From contig CAVXJL010000003.1 of assembly GCA_963762015.1 (NCBI GenBank), positions 1,478-65,477 on the forward strand: a stretch of 64,000 bases of DNA, read 5' to 3'. Numbering within the stretch: the first letter of the stretch is position 1; each line of letters starts with the position of its first letter. Positions 48,177-56,991 of this stretch are shown here, piece by piece. Position numbers and translations under genes: made by a program. The notes under the pieces are model-generated. The model did no database searches and was not told the origin of the DNA. It saw only the letters and a program-made list of their open reading frames with translations. This DNA comes from an uncultured Actinomycetota bacterium. GTDB taxonomy: Bacteria; Actinomycetota; UBA4738; HRBIN12.

Positions 48177-50161
48177 CCCACGGTCCCCGTGTCGAGCTTG
48201 GCGAGTGCGCTCGCGATGTCGATCAGCGCTTCCAGGCCGGTCTCGCCCTGCAGCGAGTGGTACATGCCCTCGTCGACCCATTCGAGCTCCGAGCGGCTCG
48301 GCGTCCAACGGCCCTCGACACCGGCGAACACGACCTGGCTCTGCTCGGACGACGAGGGCGCGGGGAGGCGGGTTCCGCGCCCGACGTGCAACGTCAACGG
48401 TTCTCCGGCCGCGTCCGTGTCGGGCTGTCGGAGGGAGAACGTGACGCTCTCCAGCGTCGGTCCCATCATCGAGAGCTCGGCGCTCGCGACGACGTAACCG
48501 GCCGGGAGGCGGCGGGCGAGCGACGCCGGCAGGCCCGCGGCCGCGAGCGCCTCGGGGATCCCGACCCGTCGGACCTCGATGCCGGCAGACCCTCGGTCGC
48601 TCCAGGCCGCTGGGAGAGGCTCACCCAGGACCGGAAGCGAGGACGCGATCTCGAGCAGACGCTGCCGGGGGAGGTTGGTCTCGAGGAAGAGGTCCGAGGT
48701 GGCGGTGTGGATCGCCAGCCGTCGGCCGTAGCCCTCACCCGCGGGCTCGTAGAACGCGACGCCGCCGCCGGCGAGGGGAACCTGTTCCGCACCGGGATCC
48801 ACCGGTCCGAACGGACCGGGGCCGGACCAGCCGCGCCGTTCGCCGACCTTCAGGTAGTCGAGGCCCTCCGCGTACACGAGCAGTGATGCGGGCGTCACCG
48901 TCGCGGTCGAGGCGGGCAGGGAGATCGACACGAGCTCGAGATCGCCGGGGTCGACGGGGGTCGCGGGCAGATAGCCGATCCGGTCCGGGAGGTCCGCCAG
49001 GCGGGGTTGGGCGGGCGCCGGCGCTGAGGTGCCCGGGATCCGGAACTGCGATGGGTCGGGCGGGCGGTTCGAGACCGACACCATCCGAACGTCGAGGATC
49101 GCCGCATCCGGCGACTCCACTCCCCGGCCGTACCGGAACTCCCAATCGCGTCGCTCCTCGCTGCGCGACGGATACACGAGCATCCGGAGCGGGAGCCAGG
49201 ACTCCGCGTCGAGCCAGAGGAGCACTCGGTCTCGGTCGAAGAACGGCCGCCAGGTGCCGCCGAGCCGCAGGAACGGGAACATCGGGGCCGCCCGCTCGAA
49301 CGAGAGGCGGACGCGGATCGCTTCCCGACCGTCGATGCGCGCCTCGCCGAGCACCTGGAACCCCGACGGAGACCCGAACGTGGCGAGCGGCAGGACGAGG
49401 TCTGCCGGCAGAGGCGCCGCCGCCGTGAACTCGGAGAGGTGAGTGACCGTCGCTCGCGTCCGCGGGCACACGTCTGCTGGGAGGTCTCCCGGGCATCCCG
49501 AGGGGCCGGACGTGTAGGCCGCGGTCACGTTCTCGATCGACAGGAGATCGGTCCGCGTCCAGGAGGGAGCGGGGTAGGTCGTGCGATCGCGCACCTGGAG
49601 GCGGAAGCGCTGCGGCGACCTGAAGGCCACCTCCATCTCGAGGAGACGCTCTGGCACGTCGTCGGAGAGCCCGTACTCGTGGATCGTGTAGGTGCCCTGG
49701 AACGCATCGAGGGTGGGGGCGACGTCGCGGATGTTCCGGACGATGGTGGCCGCCGCGATCGGCCCGTTGTCCGGAGCCTGCCAGGGCCCACCGACCAGCA
49801 CACTCCCCAGCACGATCCCGGCGATCGCGGCCGCGACCGTCGGTGCCAGCGTCAGCCGTCGGCGGTGGCGCGGGCGGCGGAAGGCGGCGCGCCGGAGAAC
49901 GAGACGTCGGCCGAGCAGGGGCGCGGTGGATGATCGGACTCTCTCCCGGGCGACCGCGACCATGATCGGATCGACGAGATCGGGAACCGACTCGGCGGTC
50001 CGGATCCGCACGGAGCTGCGGATCTGCGCCGACCCGGCGGCGAACGCCTGGCAGGCCGCACACCCATCGGCGTGGGCATCGGCCGCCTCGGCGTGCCGTG
50101 CGCCCACCCGCTCGCCGTCCATCCGAGCCGACAGGACGAGCTGCGCGCTCTCGCAGTTCAC
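48173..50161 (-). CDS. Anti-sigma factor (zf-HC2) with large extracytoplasmic domain (LolA/DUF4367-like resemblance)
   Basis: GTG 50161 overlaps the sigma stop (GTGA). HADGCAACQ is the H-x3-C-x2-C motif. One TM helix (LAPTVAAAIAGIVLGSVLVGG) is followed by ~530 aa outside the membrane. The N-terminal 139 aa of track ORF 48173..50578 are an artefact. Confidence 0.75.
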   Translation of the reverse strand: MNCESAQLVLSARMDGERVGARHAEAADAHADGCAACQAFAAGSAQIRSSVRIRTAESVPDLVDPIMVAVARERVRSSTAPLLGRRLVLRRAAFRRPRHRRRLTLAPTVAAAIAGIVLGSVLVGGPWQAPDNGPIAAATIVRNIRDVAPTLDAFQGTYTIHEYGLSDDVPERLLEMEVAFRSPQRFRLQVRDRTTYPAPSWTRTDLLSIENVTAAYTSGPSGCPGDLPADVCPRTRATVTHLSEFTAAAPLPADLVLPLATFGSPSGFQVLGEARIDGREAIRVRLSFERAAPMFPFLRLGGTWRPFFDRDRVLLWLDAESWLPLRMLVYPSRSEERRDWEFRYGRGVESPDAAILDVRMVSVSNRPPDPSQFRIPGTSAPAPAQPRLADLPDRIGYLPATPVDPGDLELVSISLPASTATVTPASLLVYAEGLDYLKVGERRGWSGPGPFGPVDPGAEQVPLAGGGVAFYEPAGEGYGRRLAIHTATSDLFLETNLPRQRLLEIASSLPVLGEPLPAAWSDRGSAGIEVRRVGIPEALAAAGLPASLARRLPAGYVVASAELSMMGPTLESVTFSLRQPDTDAAGEPLTLHVGRGTRLPAPSSSEQSQVVFAGVEGRWTPSRSELEWVDEGMYHSLQGETGLEALIDIASALAKLDTGTVG

Positions 50162-50715
50162 GTCGCCTCCTCCTCGTCCGCGATCGCGAGGCAGAGCGCT
50201 TGCCGGGCGCGGAACATCCTGCTCTTCACCGTGCCCACCGCGACGCCCAGGACGTCGGCCGTCTCCTGATACGAGAGCCCGAACACCTCCACGAGCAGGA
50301 ACGCCTCGCGATGTTCGGTCGACACCGAGCGCAGGGCCGCCTCGAGCTCGGCGCGGGCGGCGGGGTCGGCGACGCTCCGCGGCAGGAACTGGTCCTCCCA
50401 CGGGGTATCGGATCGCCGTTGGCTCCGGAGCGCGTCCATGGAGCAGTTCCGCACGATGCTGAAGAGCCACGAGCCGAACTTCCGATCTCCTCGGAAGCCC
50501 TTGAGGAACCGGAAGGCGCGGAGGAACGCTTCCTGGGTGACGTCCTCGGCCAGCTGGCGATCGCGCGTGAGATGCCACGCGAAGCGGAACGCGTCGGCTT
50601 GGAACTCGCGCACGAGGTCCTCGAAGGCGAGGAGGTCGCCTCGCCGCGCGCGTTGCACCGTTCGCGGATCCGGATCCCGCACCCGCTTCCTCTCAGCTCG
50701 TCCCGACACGGCCAC
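50158..50715 (-). CDS. ECF-type RNA polymerase sigma-70 factor
   Basis: Region 2 (FEDLVREFQADAFRFAWHLTRD..DVTQEAFLRAFR..FGSWLFSIVRN) and region 4 (REAFLLVEVFGLSYQETADVLGVAVGTVKSRMFRAR). Start is GTG 50715 or 50709; the longer track ORF start looks non-coding. Confidence 0.85.
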   Translation of the reverse strand: MAVSGRAERKRVRDPDPRTVQRARRGDLLAFEDLVREFQADAFRFAWHLTRDRQLAEDVTQEAFLRAFRFLKGFRGDRKFGSWLFSIVRNCSMDALRSQRRSDTPWEDQFLPRSVADPAARAELEAALRSVSTEHREAFLLVEVFGLSYQETADVLGVAVGTVKSRMFRARQALCLAIADEEEAT

Positions 50716-50787
50716 GCCGGTGCCGCCCCGCGCGCCCGGTCGAGCATCCGCCGCCCACGATGCTCCCTCGTCCGCCCATCGGCAAGG

Positions 50788-50814
50788 AGACCGCTCTCGC
50801 CGGCCACGGGTTCC
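50788..50814 (-). promoter_or_regulatory. Candidate ECF-type promoter (GGAAC - 18 nt - GTCT) upstream of the sigma gene
   Basis: The minus strand reads gGGAACccgtggccggcgagagcgGTCTcc in the 105-nt gap between the beta-propeller gene and the sigma gene. It resembles autoregulated ECF promoters. This is a motif match only. Confidence 0.3.
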
Positions 50815-50821
50815 CTGCCGC

Positions 50822-52086
50822 CTAGGGCGTCGCGACGTGGAGGATGGCCTCGACCTGACCGAACGAGAGCGTGCCGGTCGCATCGCCGGTGCCCGTGTCC
50901 ACGATGGCCACGGACCCGCTGAGGGCGGCGTAGAGGCGGGCGCCGTCCTCCGACAACCCGAGTCCGGCCACGTCTCCCGGCATGGTCCAGCGTCCGAGGA
51001 CCTCGAGTGACCCGGTGTCGACGAGAGCGAGGGACGACCCCCCGACCCCCACGAACAGGGTCTTCCCGTCGGCGCTCATCCGCGCCGAGGTCCGGCCGCG
51101 ATCGAGCGATCCGCAGATTCGATCCTTGGAATCGCGTCGATCTTCAACGTCCTCGTGTTCAGCTCCGCGATGCGACCATTCATCGAGTCGACGACGTACA
51201 GGAAGCGACCGTCGGGAGAGGGCGCCATCGCTTGGGCTCTGGCCGGCTCTCCCCAGAGGGCGCGGGGGAGGCCCGCGCAATAGGCCCATCCGTCGCGCAG
51301 GTTCAGAACGTGGACGAAGCTCACCTCGCGTTCGCCGTACGAGGCGTCCGCCCAGCTGCCGTGGGAGTGTTCGGCCGCCCGGTTCGTGTAGAGCGTGTAG
51401 AGCTGCTCGGATGTCGGATCGAAGACCTGCGCGAGGCGGATCCCGGGCATGCGTTCCGGCGGCGTCTTGAACCGGCCGAACACCGGCTCCACCTTCCCGT
51501 TCAGGAGCCGGAGGAAGGTGACCCGATACGAGGTCGGCGCCTCAGCCGGCAGGAACTGGATCAGGAACAACCGGGTGTCGTCCACGGAGAAGGCCTCGGG
51601 CTCGAAGTTCCCCCTCAGTCGATACCGGCGCGTGCGTTCTTCGCCCGTCGGATCGGCCACCACGATCGTCGTGTGCCTCCGCGGGAGCGCGTACGTGGTG
51701 TCGACTCCCGCGGGGAGCGGGCGCATCAACGCGACGGCTCGCCCGGTGAGCGACGCCGCGCGAACGTCCAGCGGTCCTGGAAGGGTCGTGGTGGAGAGGA
51801 CCTCGCCGGTCGACGAGTCTCGCGCCTCGAGGCTCGTCGACCCTCCGTCTCGCGACGTCGCGTAGAGGCGAGAACCGTCCGGCGCCGTGACCTGACCTTC
51901 GACGGAGGACAGGACCGCTCCGGAGGAAGATCCGACGATCACGTTCCCGTCGCTGGTGCCGAGGACGAGGACGTCGTGAGGCGACGATGCCGCCGGTGCT
52001 TCCCGGGGTTCACGAACTCCCGCTCGTCCCGTGCAGGCGGCCGCCACCACAAGGAGCGGGATGAGGATCATCGACCGGGTCCGCAT
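50822..52086 (-). pseudogene. Beta-propeller (YVTN/WD-like) lipoprotein, one frame break
   Basis: MRTRSMILIPLLVVAAAC lipobox. Repeats of the type APDGSRLYATS, SPDGRFLYVVDSMNGRIAELN in ORF 51076..52149. It continues as MSADGKTLFVGV..LSEDGARLYAALSGSVAIVD in ORF 50822..51289. Break at ~51090. Confidence 0.65.
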
Positions 52087-52235
52087 CGCGATGCCTCCTG
52101 TGTTCGTCGAGGGAGAGGGACTCACCGTCACCTCATGTACCCCGCGCATCCCCGGGAAGTTCCGACGAAGCGCGACGGAACCTTCGTCGGCGCGGTCCGG
52201 TCTAGCGCATTGAGGTCGACACGAGGAGGTCGCAC

Positions 52236-53003
52236 ATGCGCGGGATCCGCAGGCTGCTCCTGATGGTGATGATCGGCGTATCGGTGCTCGTCACGCCGAT
52301 CGACGCCGAGGCGAACGGAGGCGCGTACCTCGAGTTCGATCGCACGTACTACCTCGCCGGCGACGCGGGACATGCGGTCACGTACGTCTCGCTCCCCGCG
52401 AGCAAGGAGCACCTCCTGGAGGAAGGCCCCTTCTACGTATTCGCGCTTCCCACGGGAGCCTCGCTCCGGGAGGGCAGACCGATCCCATCGTCCGCGGTCC
52501 GGCTCGGGACCGTCACCGTCACCGAGGAAGACGACGTGTACGAGTTCACCACCGAGTTCACCGTGCCCGAGCTCGATCCCGGCTTCTACGAGATCGGGGT
52601 GTGTAACGACCCGTGCACGATCTCGGGGTTCCGTGAGTCCCTGGGTGGTTCGCTGTCGATCGTCGAGACCCGTCGAGAGGCGCAGCTCTTGACCACGAAC
52701 GATCGACTCCGTGGCCAACTCATCGGGGCACGTCGCGAGGTGCGCCGAGCCGAGCGACGGCTGACGGCCACGGAGGGGGAGCTCGAGGCGCAGCTCACGT
52801 TCGGGAGCTCCGAGCGCTCCGAGCTGGCCGCCGAGATCGAGCGACTCGAGACACAGCTCGCGTCGGCTCGGACGCGGGCAGCGTCCACGGGCCGAACCCC
52901 GTTCGACCCCTGGGTGGTGGGAACGATCCTGATCGTCACCGCGCTCGCGGCCGTGCTCGCGTTCCGGCGCCGCCGCATGATGCCCGCGTTGACCGACCTG
53001 TAG
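52236..53003 (+). CDS. Secreted protein with coiled-coil segment and C-terminal TM anchor (hypothetical)
   Basis: GAGGAGG upstream of ATG 52236. Signal peptide, an N-terminal globular domain, a heptad-like segment (RLRGQLIGARREVRRAERRLTATEGELEAQL..EIERLETQLASAR) and a TM helix (VVGTILIVTALAAVLAF). Confidence 0.55.
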   Translation: MRGIRRLLLMVMIGVSVLVTPIDAEANGGAYLEFDRTYYLAGDAGHAVTYVSLPASKEHLLEEGPFYVFALPTGASLREGRPIPSSAVRLGTVTVTEEDDVYEFTTEFTVPELDPGFYEIGVCNDPCTISGFRESLGGSLSIVETRREAQLLTTNDRLRGQLIGARREVRRAERRLTATEGELEAQLTFGSSERSELAAEIERLETQLASARTRAASTGRTPFDPWVVGTILIVTALAAVLAFRRRRMMPALTDL

Positions 53004-53035
53004 CGCCTGCGGGTCGTCCGAGGCATCATCGGGAT

Positions 53036-53656
53036 GTGGCGGAGGACGCGACCACACCCGGCCTCGACCTGCGTGCCGCGCTGCGCGCGTGCGCGCAGGT
53101 CGGCCACGCTCGGGTCGCACATGCCGTCCCCGCTCCCTTCCTGCGGAAGCTCCGCGCGGAGCTCGATGCGGGATCCTTCCGACCGTTCGGCGAGTCGTTC
53201 GGGCCGGTACGCCAGCAGATCGACGGCTACGACGTCGAGCTCCCGGCCCCCGTGTTCCCGTTGCTCACGGCGTGGTGTCGAAGGCTCGCCGATCTCGTCC
53301 GTGATCAGGGCCGCGGCGTCCGGGGCCTGGCGACGTGGGTGCCCAACGAGGTGGGCATCGCGCACTACGTCCCCGGCTCGATCGGCATCACACCGCACAT
53401 GGACGGCAGGTGGTACCGGAGGTTGGTGATCGTCGCGACCATCTACGGACGCGCACCATTCGCGATCTGCGGCTCGCGTGATCCGGACGATGTCGTGGAG
53501 CGCTGGATGGCCGGTCCCGGTGACCTCGTGCTGATGCGCGGGCCCGGTCTCGCGGGTCATCGCGACGGTCGTCCGTTCCATCTCGTGGAGGGTCCGCGTC
53601 GAGGGCAGCGCCTGTCGCTCGGGATCCGGATGTCGGCTCGGCCCCGTGGATCCTGA
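53036..53656 (+). CDS. Hypothetical protein, possible 2OG-Fe(II)-oxygenase-like fold
   Basis: 206-aa ORF with coding-like composition. It has an H-x-D candidate (ITPHMDG) and a later His (GRPFHLVEG). The assignment is weak. Confidence 0.4.
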   Translation: MAEDATTPGLDLRAALRACAQVGHARVAHAVPAPFLRKLRAELDAGSFRPFGESFGPVRQQIDGYDVELPAPVFPLLTAWCRRLADLVRDQGRGVRGLATWVPNEVGIAHYVPGSIGITPHMDGRWYRRLVIVATIYGRAPFAICGSRDPDDVVERWMAGPGDLVLMRGPGLAGHRDGRPFHLVEGPRRGQRLSLGIRMSARPRGS

Positions 53657-53695
53657 GGCGCCGGAGCTCTCATCCGTTCCTCATCTTCCTGAGGC

Positions 53696-54385
53696 ATGCT
53701 GGCGCCGACGATGCGCGCGCTGGTGGTCGAGGACGGATCGAAGATGGCCGCCCTCCTGCGTCGAGGGCTCCAGGAGGAAGGCTTCGCCGTGGACGTCGCT
53801 GGTACCGGCGAGGACGGCGCCTGGTTCGGCACCGAGAACGACTACGACGTGATCCTGCTCGACGTGATGCTGCCCGACGTCGACGGGTTCGAGGTCTGCC
53901 GACGCCTGCGCGCGGCGGATCGGTGGGCGCCGATCCTGATGCTCACCGCGCGCGACGGCGTGCAGGACCGCGTCGCGGGCCTGGATGCCGGCGCCGACGA
54001 CTACCTCACCAAGCCGTTCTCCTTCGATGAGCTGTTCGCGCGCGTCCGGGCGCTCCTGCGTCGAGGGCCCTCGGAGCGTCCACCCGTCCTCGCGGCGGGC
54101 GACCTCGTCCTCGATCCGGCGACCCGCCGGGTCACCCGCGGCGAGCGGGACATCGACCTCACCCCGAAGGAGTTCGGTCTCCTCGAGCTGTTCCTGCGCC
54201 ATCCGGGCGAGGCGATGTCGCGCACGCGCATCCTCGAGCACGTCTGGGACTTCGCCTACGACGGCGATTCGAACGTGGTCGACGTATACGTGCGGTACCT
54301 GCGGGAGAAGGTCGACCGCCCGTTCGGGCGCCGGTCGATCGAGACCGTGCGGGGCGTCGGGTATCGCCTCCGGGAGGAGAGCTAG
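53696..54385 (+). CDS. OmpR-family response regulator
   Basis: REC domain (RALVVEDGS..DVILLDVMLPDVDG..ILMLTARD..GADDYLTKPF) plus winged helix (LTPKEFGLLELFLRHPG..VVDVYVRYLREKVD..IETVRGVGYRL). The start may be ATG 53711. Confidence 0.9.
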   Translation: MLAPTMRALVVEDGSKMAALLRRGLQEEGFAVDVAGTGEDGAWFGTENDYDVILLDVMLPDVDGFEVCRRLRAADRWAPILMLTARDGVQDRVAGLDAGADDYLTKPFSFDELFARVRALLRRGPSERPPVLAAGDLVLDPATRRVTRGERDIDLTPKEFGLLELFLRHPGEAMSRTRILEHVWDFAYDGDSNVVDVYVRYLREKVDRPFGRRSIETVRGVGYRLREES

Positions 54386-55707
54386 TGCGACTGGCGATCC
54401 GGACACGGCTGACGGTCGTCTTCGCCGCGCTCTCGGCCGTTGTCGTCGGCGCCGCGGCCGTGGCGCTCGTGATCGGCTTCCGGACGGAGCTCGCCCGTAC
54501 GGTGGACGACGGGCTGCGGACCAGGCTGGCATCCTTCGCCGCAGATCCCATCGCTGCCGTGGATGCGGCGACGGACGACGCGTTCGCTCAATACGTGCAT
54601 CCGGACGGAACGCTCGTGAGGAGCTCGGGTCTCACCGACCCGCTCCTTCCCGCGACCCTGACGGGATCGCTGGCCGGCGACCGCTTCTACGACCGCGACG
54701 TGCGAACGGCCGAGGAACAGGTGCCGGCCCGGCTTCTGGCCGCACGGGTCGAGAGCGGAGGCGTACTCGTCCTCGGCGTCGATGTCGAGGATCAGCGGGA
54801 GGCGATCGCACGTCTGACGGTTCTCGTGGGTCTCGGGGCGCCGTTCCTCTTGACCGCGCTCTCCGTGCTCGGGTGGTTGCTGGCGGGTGGGGCGCTTCGG
54901 CCTGTGGAACGGCTGCGCGCCGAGGCGGCCGCGCTCTCGATGGCGGAGCCGTCCCGTCGTCTCCGTGCTCCCGAGACCGGCGATGAGCTCCAACGGCTCA
55001 CCGAGACGTTGAACGGGATGCTCGACCGGGTCCACGAGGCCCTCGAGCGGGAGCGACGGCTCGTCGACGAGGCGAGCCACGAGCTGCGGACGCCACTCGG
55101 CGTCATACAGGCCGAGCTGGATCTTGCCCTGAAGGAACCGCGGAGCCGTGAGGAGCTCGAGGCCGCGCTCCGGAGCATCGCGCAGGAGACCGAGCGGCTC
55201 CGGCGTCTCACCCAGGATCTCCTCGTGCTGGCTCGGTCGGACGGCGGACACATACCGGTCCACCGCACCGACGTCGACGTCGTGAGCATCCTCGAGCGCG
55301 TCGCCACCGAGTTCCGAGATCGTGCCGCGCGCGCAGGCGTCCAGGTCGAGGTCTCCGAGTCGCCTCTCCGGGCGCGGCTCGACGGCGACCGGGTCCGGCA
55401 AGCCGTGGAGAACCTCGTGGCCAACGCGATCCGGCACGCGGGGCGAGGTGGGAGCGTCGAGATGCGTGCGCGGCGCGACGTCGATGCGCTCCGCATCGTC
55501 GTACGCGATTCGGGCGGGGGGTTCGCGGACGACGTGCTCGAGCGTGCGTTCGAACCCTTCGCGAAAGCGGACGGCGAACGTGGGAGCGATGGTGCGGGGC
55601 TCGGCCTCGCGATCGTGCGGGCGGTCGCCGAGGCGCACGGCGGCTCGGCGACCGCACGGAATTTGGAGGGCGGGGGCGCTGCGGTCTCGCTCGAGTTGCC
55701 CCTCTGA
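54385..55707 (+). CDS. Sensor histidine kinase (2 TM - HAMP - HisKA - HATPase_c)
   Basis: GTG 54385 overlaps the regulator's stop by 1 nt. H-box ASHELRTPL, N-box NLVANAIRH and G-boxes DSGGGF..GAGLGLAIV. Confidence 0.9.
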   Translation: MRLAIRTRLTVVFAALSAVVVGAAAVALVIGFRTELARTVDDGLRTRLASFAADPIAAVDAATDDAFAQYVHPDGTLVRSSGLTDPLLPATLTGSLAGDRFYDRDVRTAEEQVPARLLAARVESGGVLVLGVDVEDQREAIARLTVLVGLGAPFLLTALSVLGWLLAGGALRPVERLRAEAAALSMAEPSRRLRAPETGDELQRLTETLNGMLDRVHEALERERRLVDEASHELRTPLGVIQAELDLALKEPRSREELEAALRSIAQETERLRRLTQDLLVLARSDGGHIPVHRTDVDVVSILERVATEFRDRAARAGVQVEVSESPLRARLDGDRVRQAVENLVANAIRHAGRGGSVEMRARRDVDALRIVVRDSGGGFADDVLERAFEPFAKADGERGSDGAGLGLAIVRAVAEAHGGSATARNLEGGGAAVSLELPL

Positions 55708-55818
55708 GCGGCTCATCCGCTTCTCATCGTCCTCTCACCGCGGAGGAGGCACGATCGGCGTGCAGACCCGACCCGGAATGGACACGGCCAAGGGCGGATG
55801 AGGGAAGGGAGCCGATCG

Positions 55819-56166
55819 ATGGACAGGAAGAGGAAGTGGATCGCTGGCGGCACGCTCGCGCTGGTCGTCCTCGCCGGAGGCACGGGACTCGCGATCGCCT
55901 CGGCGGGCGACAACGACCGGCCGCTCACGGGCTCTGCGCTCGACGAGGCATCGGCCGCGGCGCTCGCGCACACGGGCGGCGGCACGGTGATCGAGTCGGA
56001 GGCCGGCGACGACGGGGCTGCCTACGGCGTGGAGATCCGTCTCGATGACGGTCGCGTCGTGGAGGTGGCGGTCGACGCCGGATTCAGGGTGATCGGCTCC
56101 AGCGGCGACCAGGACGGGACCGGTGCCGATGACGATGGGAGCGGAGAGAGCGGACAGGATGACTGA
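55819..56166 (+). CDS. PepSY domain protein
   Basis: TM/signal segment (WIAGGTLALVVLAGGTGLAIA), PepSY core (ASAAALAHTGGGTVIESEAGDDGAAYGVEIRLDDGRVVEVAVD) and an acidic tail. Confidence 0.7.
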   Translation: MDRKRKWIAGGTLALVVLAGGTGLAIASAGDNDRPLTGSALDEASAAALAHTGGGTVIESEAGDDGAAYGVEIRLDDGRVVEVAVDAGFRVIGSSGDQDGTGADDDGSGESGQDD

Positions 56167-56977
56167 TCGACCGATCCGGATCGTCCGGTGGCTCTGGCCT
56201 TCGTTGCTGGTGGCCGCGGTCGCTTGCGGCGGCAGCCCCGTGGATCGCTCGTCGGCAACCGGCAGCGGCTCGCCCTCGGTCTCGGACCCGACGTCCGTCT
56301 CGCCGTCGGTGTCCGCATCGATCCCGATCCCGCCGCTGCGAGGTCCGTACGACTGGACGATCGATGCCGCGAACTTCGTCTCGACGGTGGACAACCCCTA
56401 CTTCCCGCTCGTTCCGGGGACGATCCTGACCTACGAGGGAACGTCGGACGGAGAACGTGAAGTCATCACGATCCACGTGACCCACGAGACCAAGCGGATC
56501 CTCGGCGTGACGTGCGTCGTCGTGCGGGACACGGTGGAGGTGTCCGGCGAGCTCAAGGAGGACACGTTCGACTGGTACGCCCAGGACGTCGACGGCAACG
56601 TCTGGTACATGGGTGAAGACACCAAGGAATACGAGAACGGGAAGGTCTCGACCACCGCGGGGTCCTGGGAAGCGGGCGTGAACGGTGCCTTGCCGGGCGT
56701 CATCATGCCGGCCCATCCCGAGGCCGGGCTCGCCTACACGCAGGAGCACTACGCGGGCGAAGCGGAGGACAAGGGCAAGATCGTCGCGATGGGCGAGAGC
56801 GTCACCGTGCCGTTCGGCTCCTTCGACGAGGTCGTCGTCACCGAGGACTGGACGCCGCTCGAGCCGGCGGTGCGTGAGCACAAGTCGTACGCGCCCGGCG
56901 TCGGGGTCGTGTTCGAGGAGATCGTGCGGGGAGGCGACGGGGTCCTCCGCCTGGTCGAGGTCCGTACCGAGCCGTGA
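56159..56977 (+). CDS. Lipoprotein (hypothetical)
   Basis: ATG 56159 overlaps the PepSY gene by 8 nt. Lipobox (LLVAAVACGG), Ser-rich linker, then a globular domain (NPYFPLVPGTILTYEG..DWYAQDVDGNVWYMGEDT..). Confidence 0.6.
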   Translation: MTDRPIRIVRWLWPSLLVAAVACGGSPVDRSSATGSGSPSVSDPTSVSPSVSASIPIPPLRGPYDWTIDAANFVSTVDNPYFPLVPGTILTYEGTSDGEREVITIHVTHETKRILGVTCVVVRDTVEVSGELKEDTFDWYAQDVDGNVWYMGEDTKEYENGKVSTTAGSWEAGVNGALPGVIMPAHPEAGLAYTQEHYAGEAEDKGKIVAMGESVTVPFGSFDEVVVTEDWTPLEPAVREHKSYAPGVGVVFEEIVRGGDGVLRLVEVRTEP

Positions 56978-56991
56978 GCTCGCTCGGGTCG

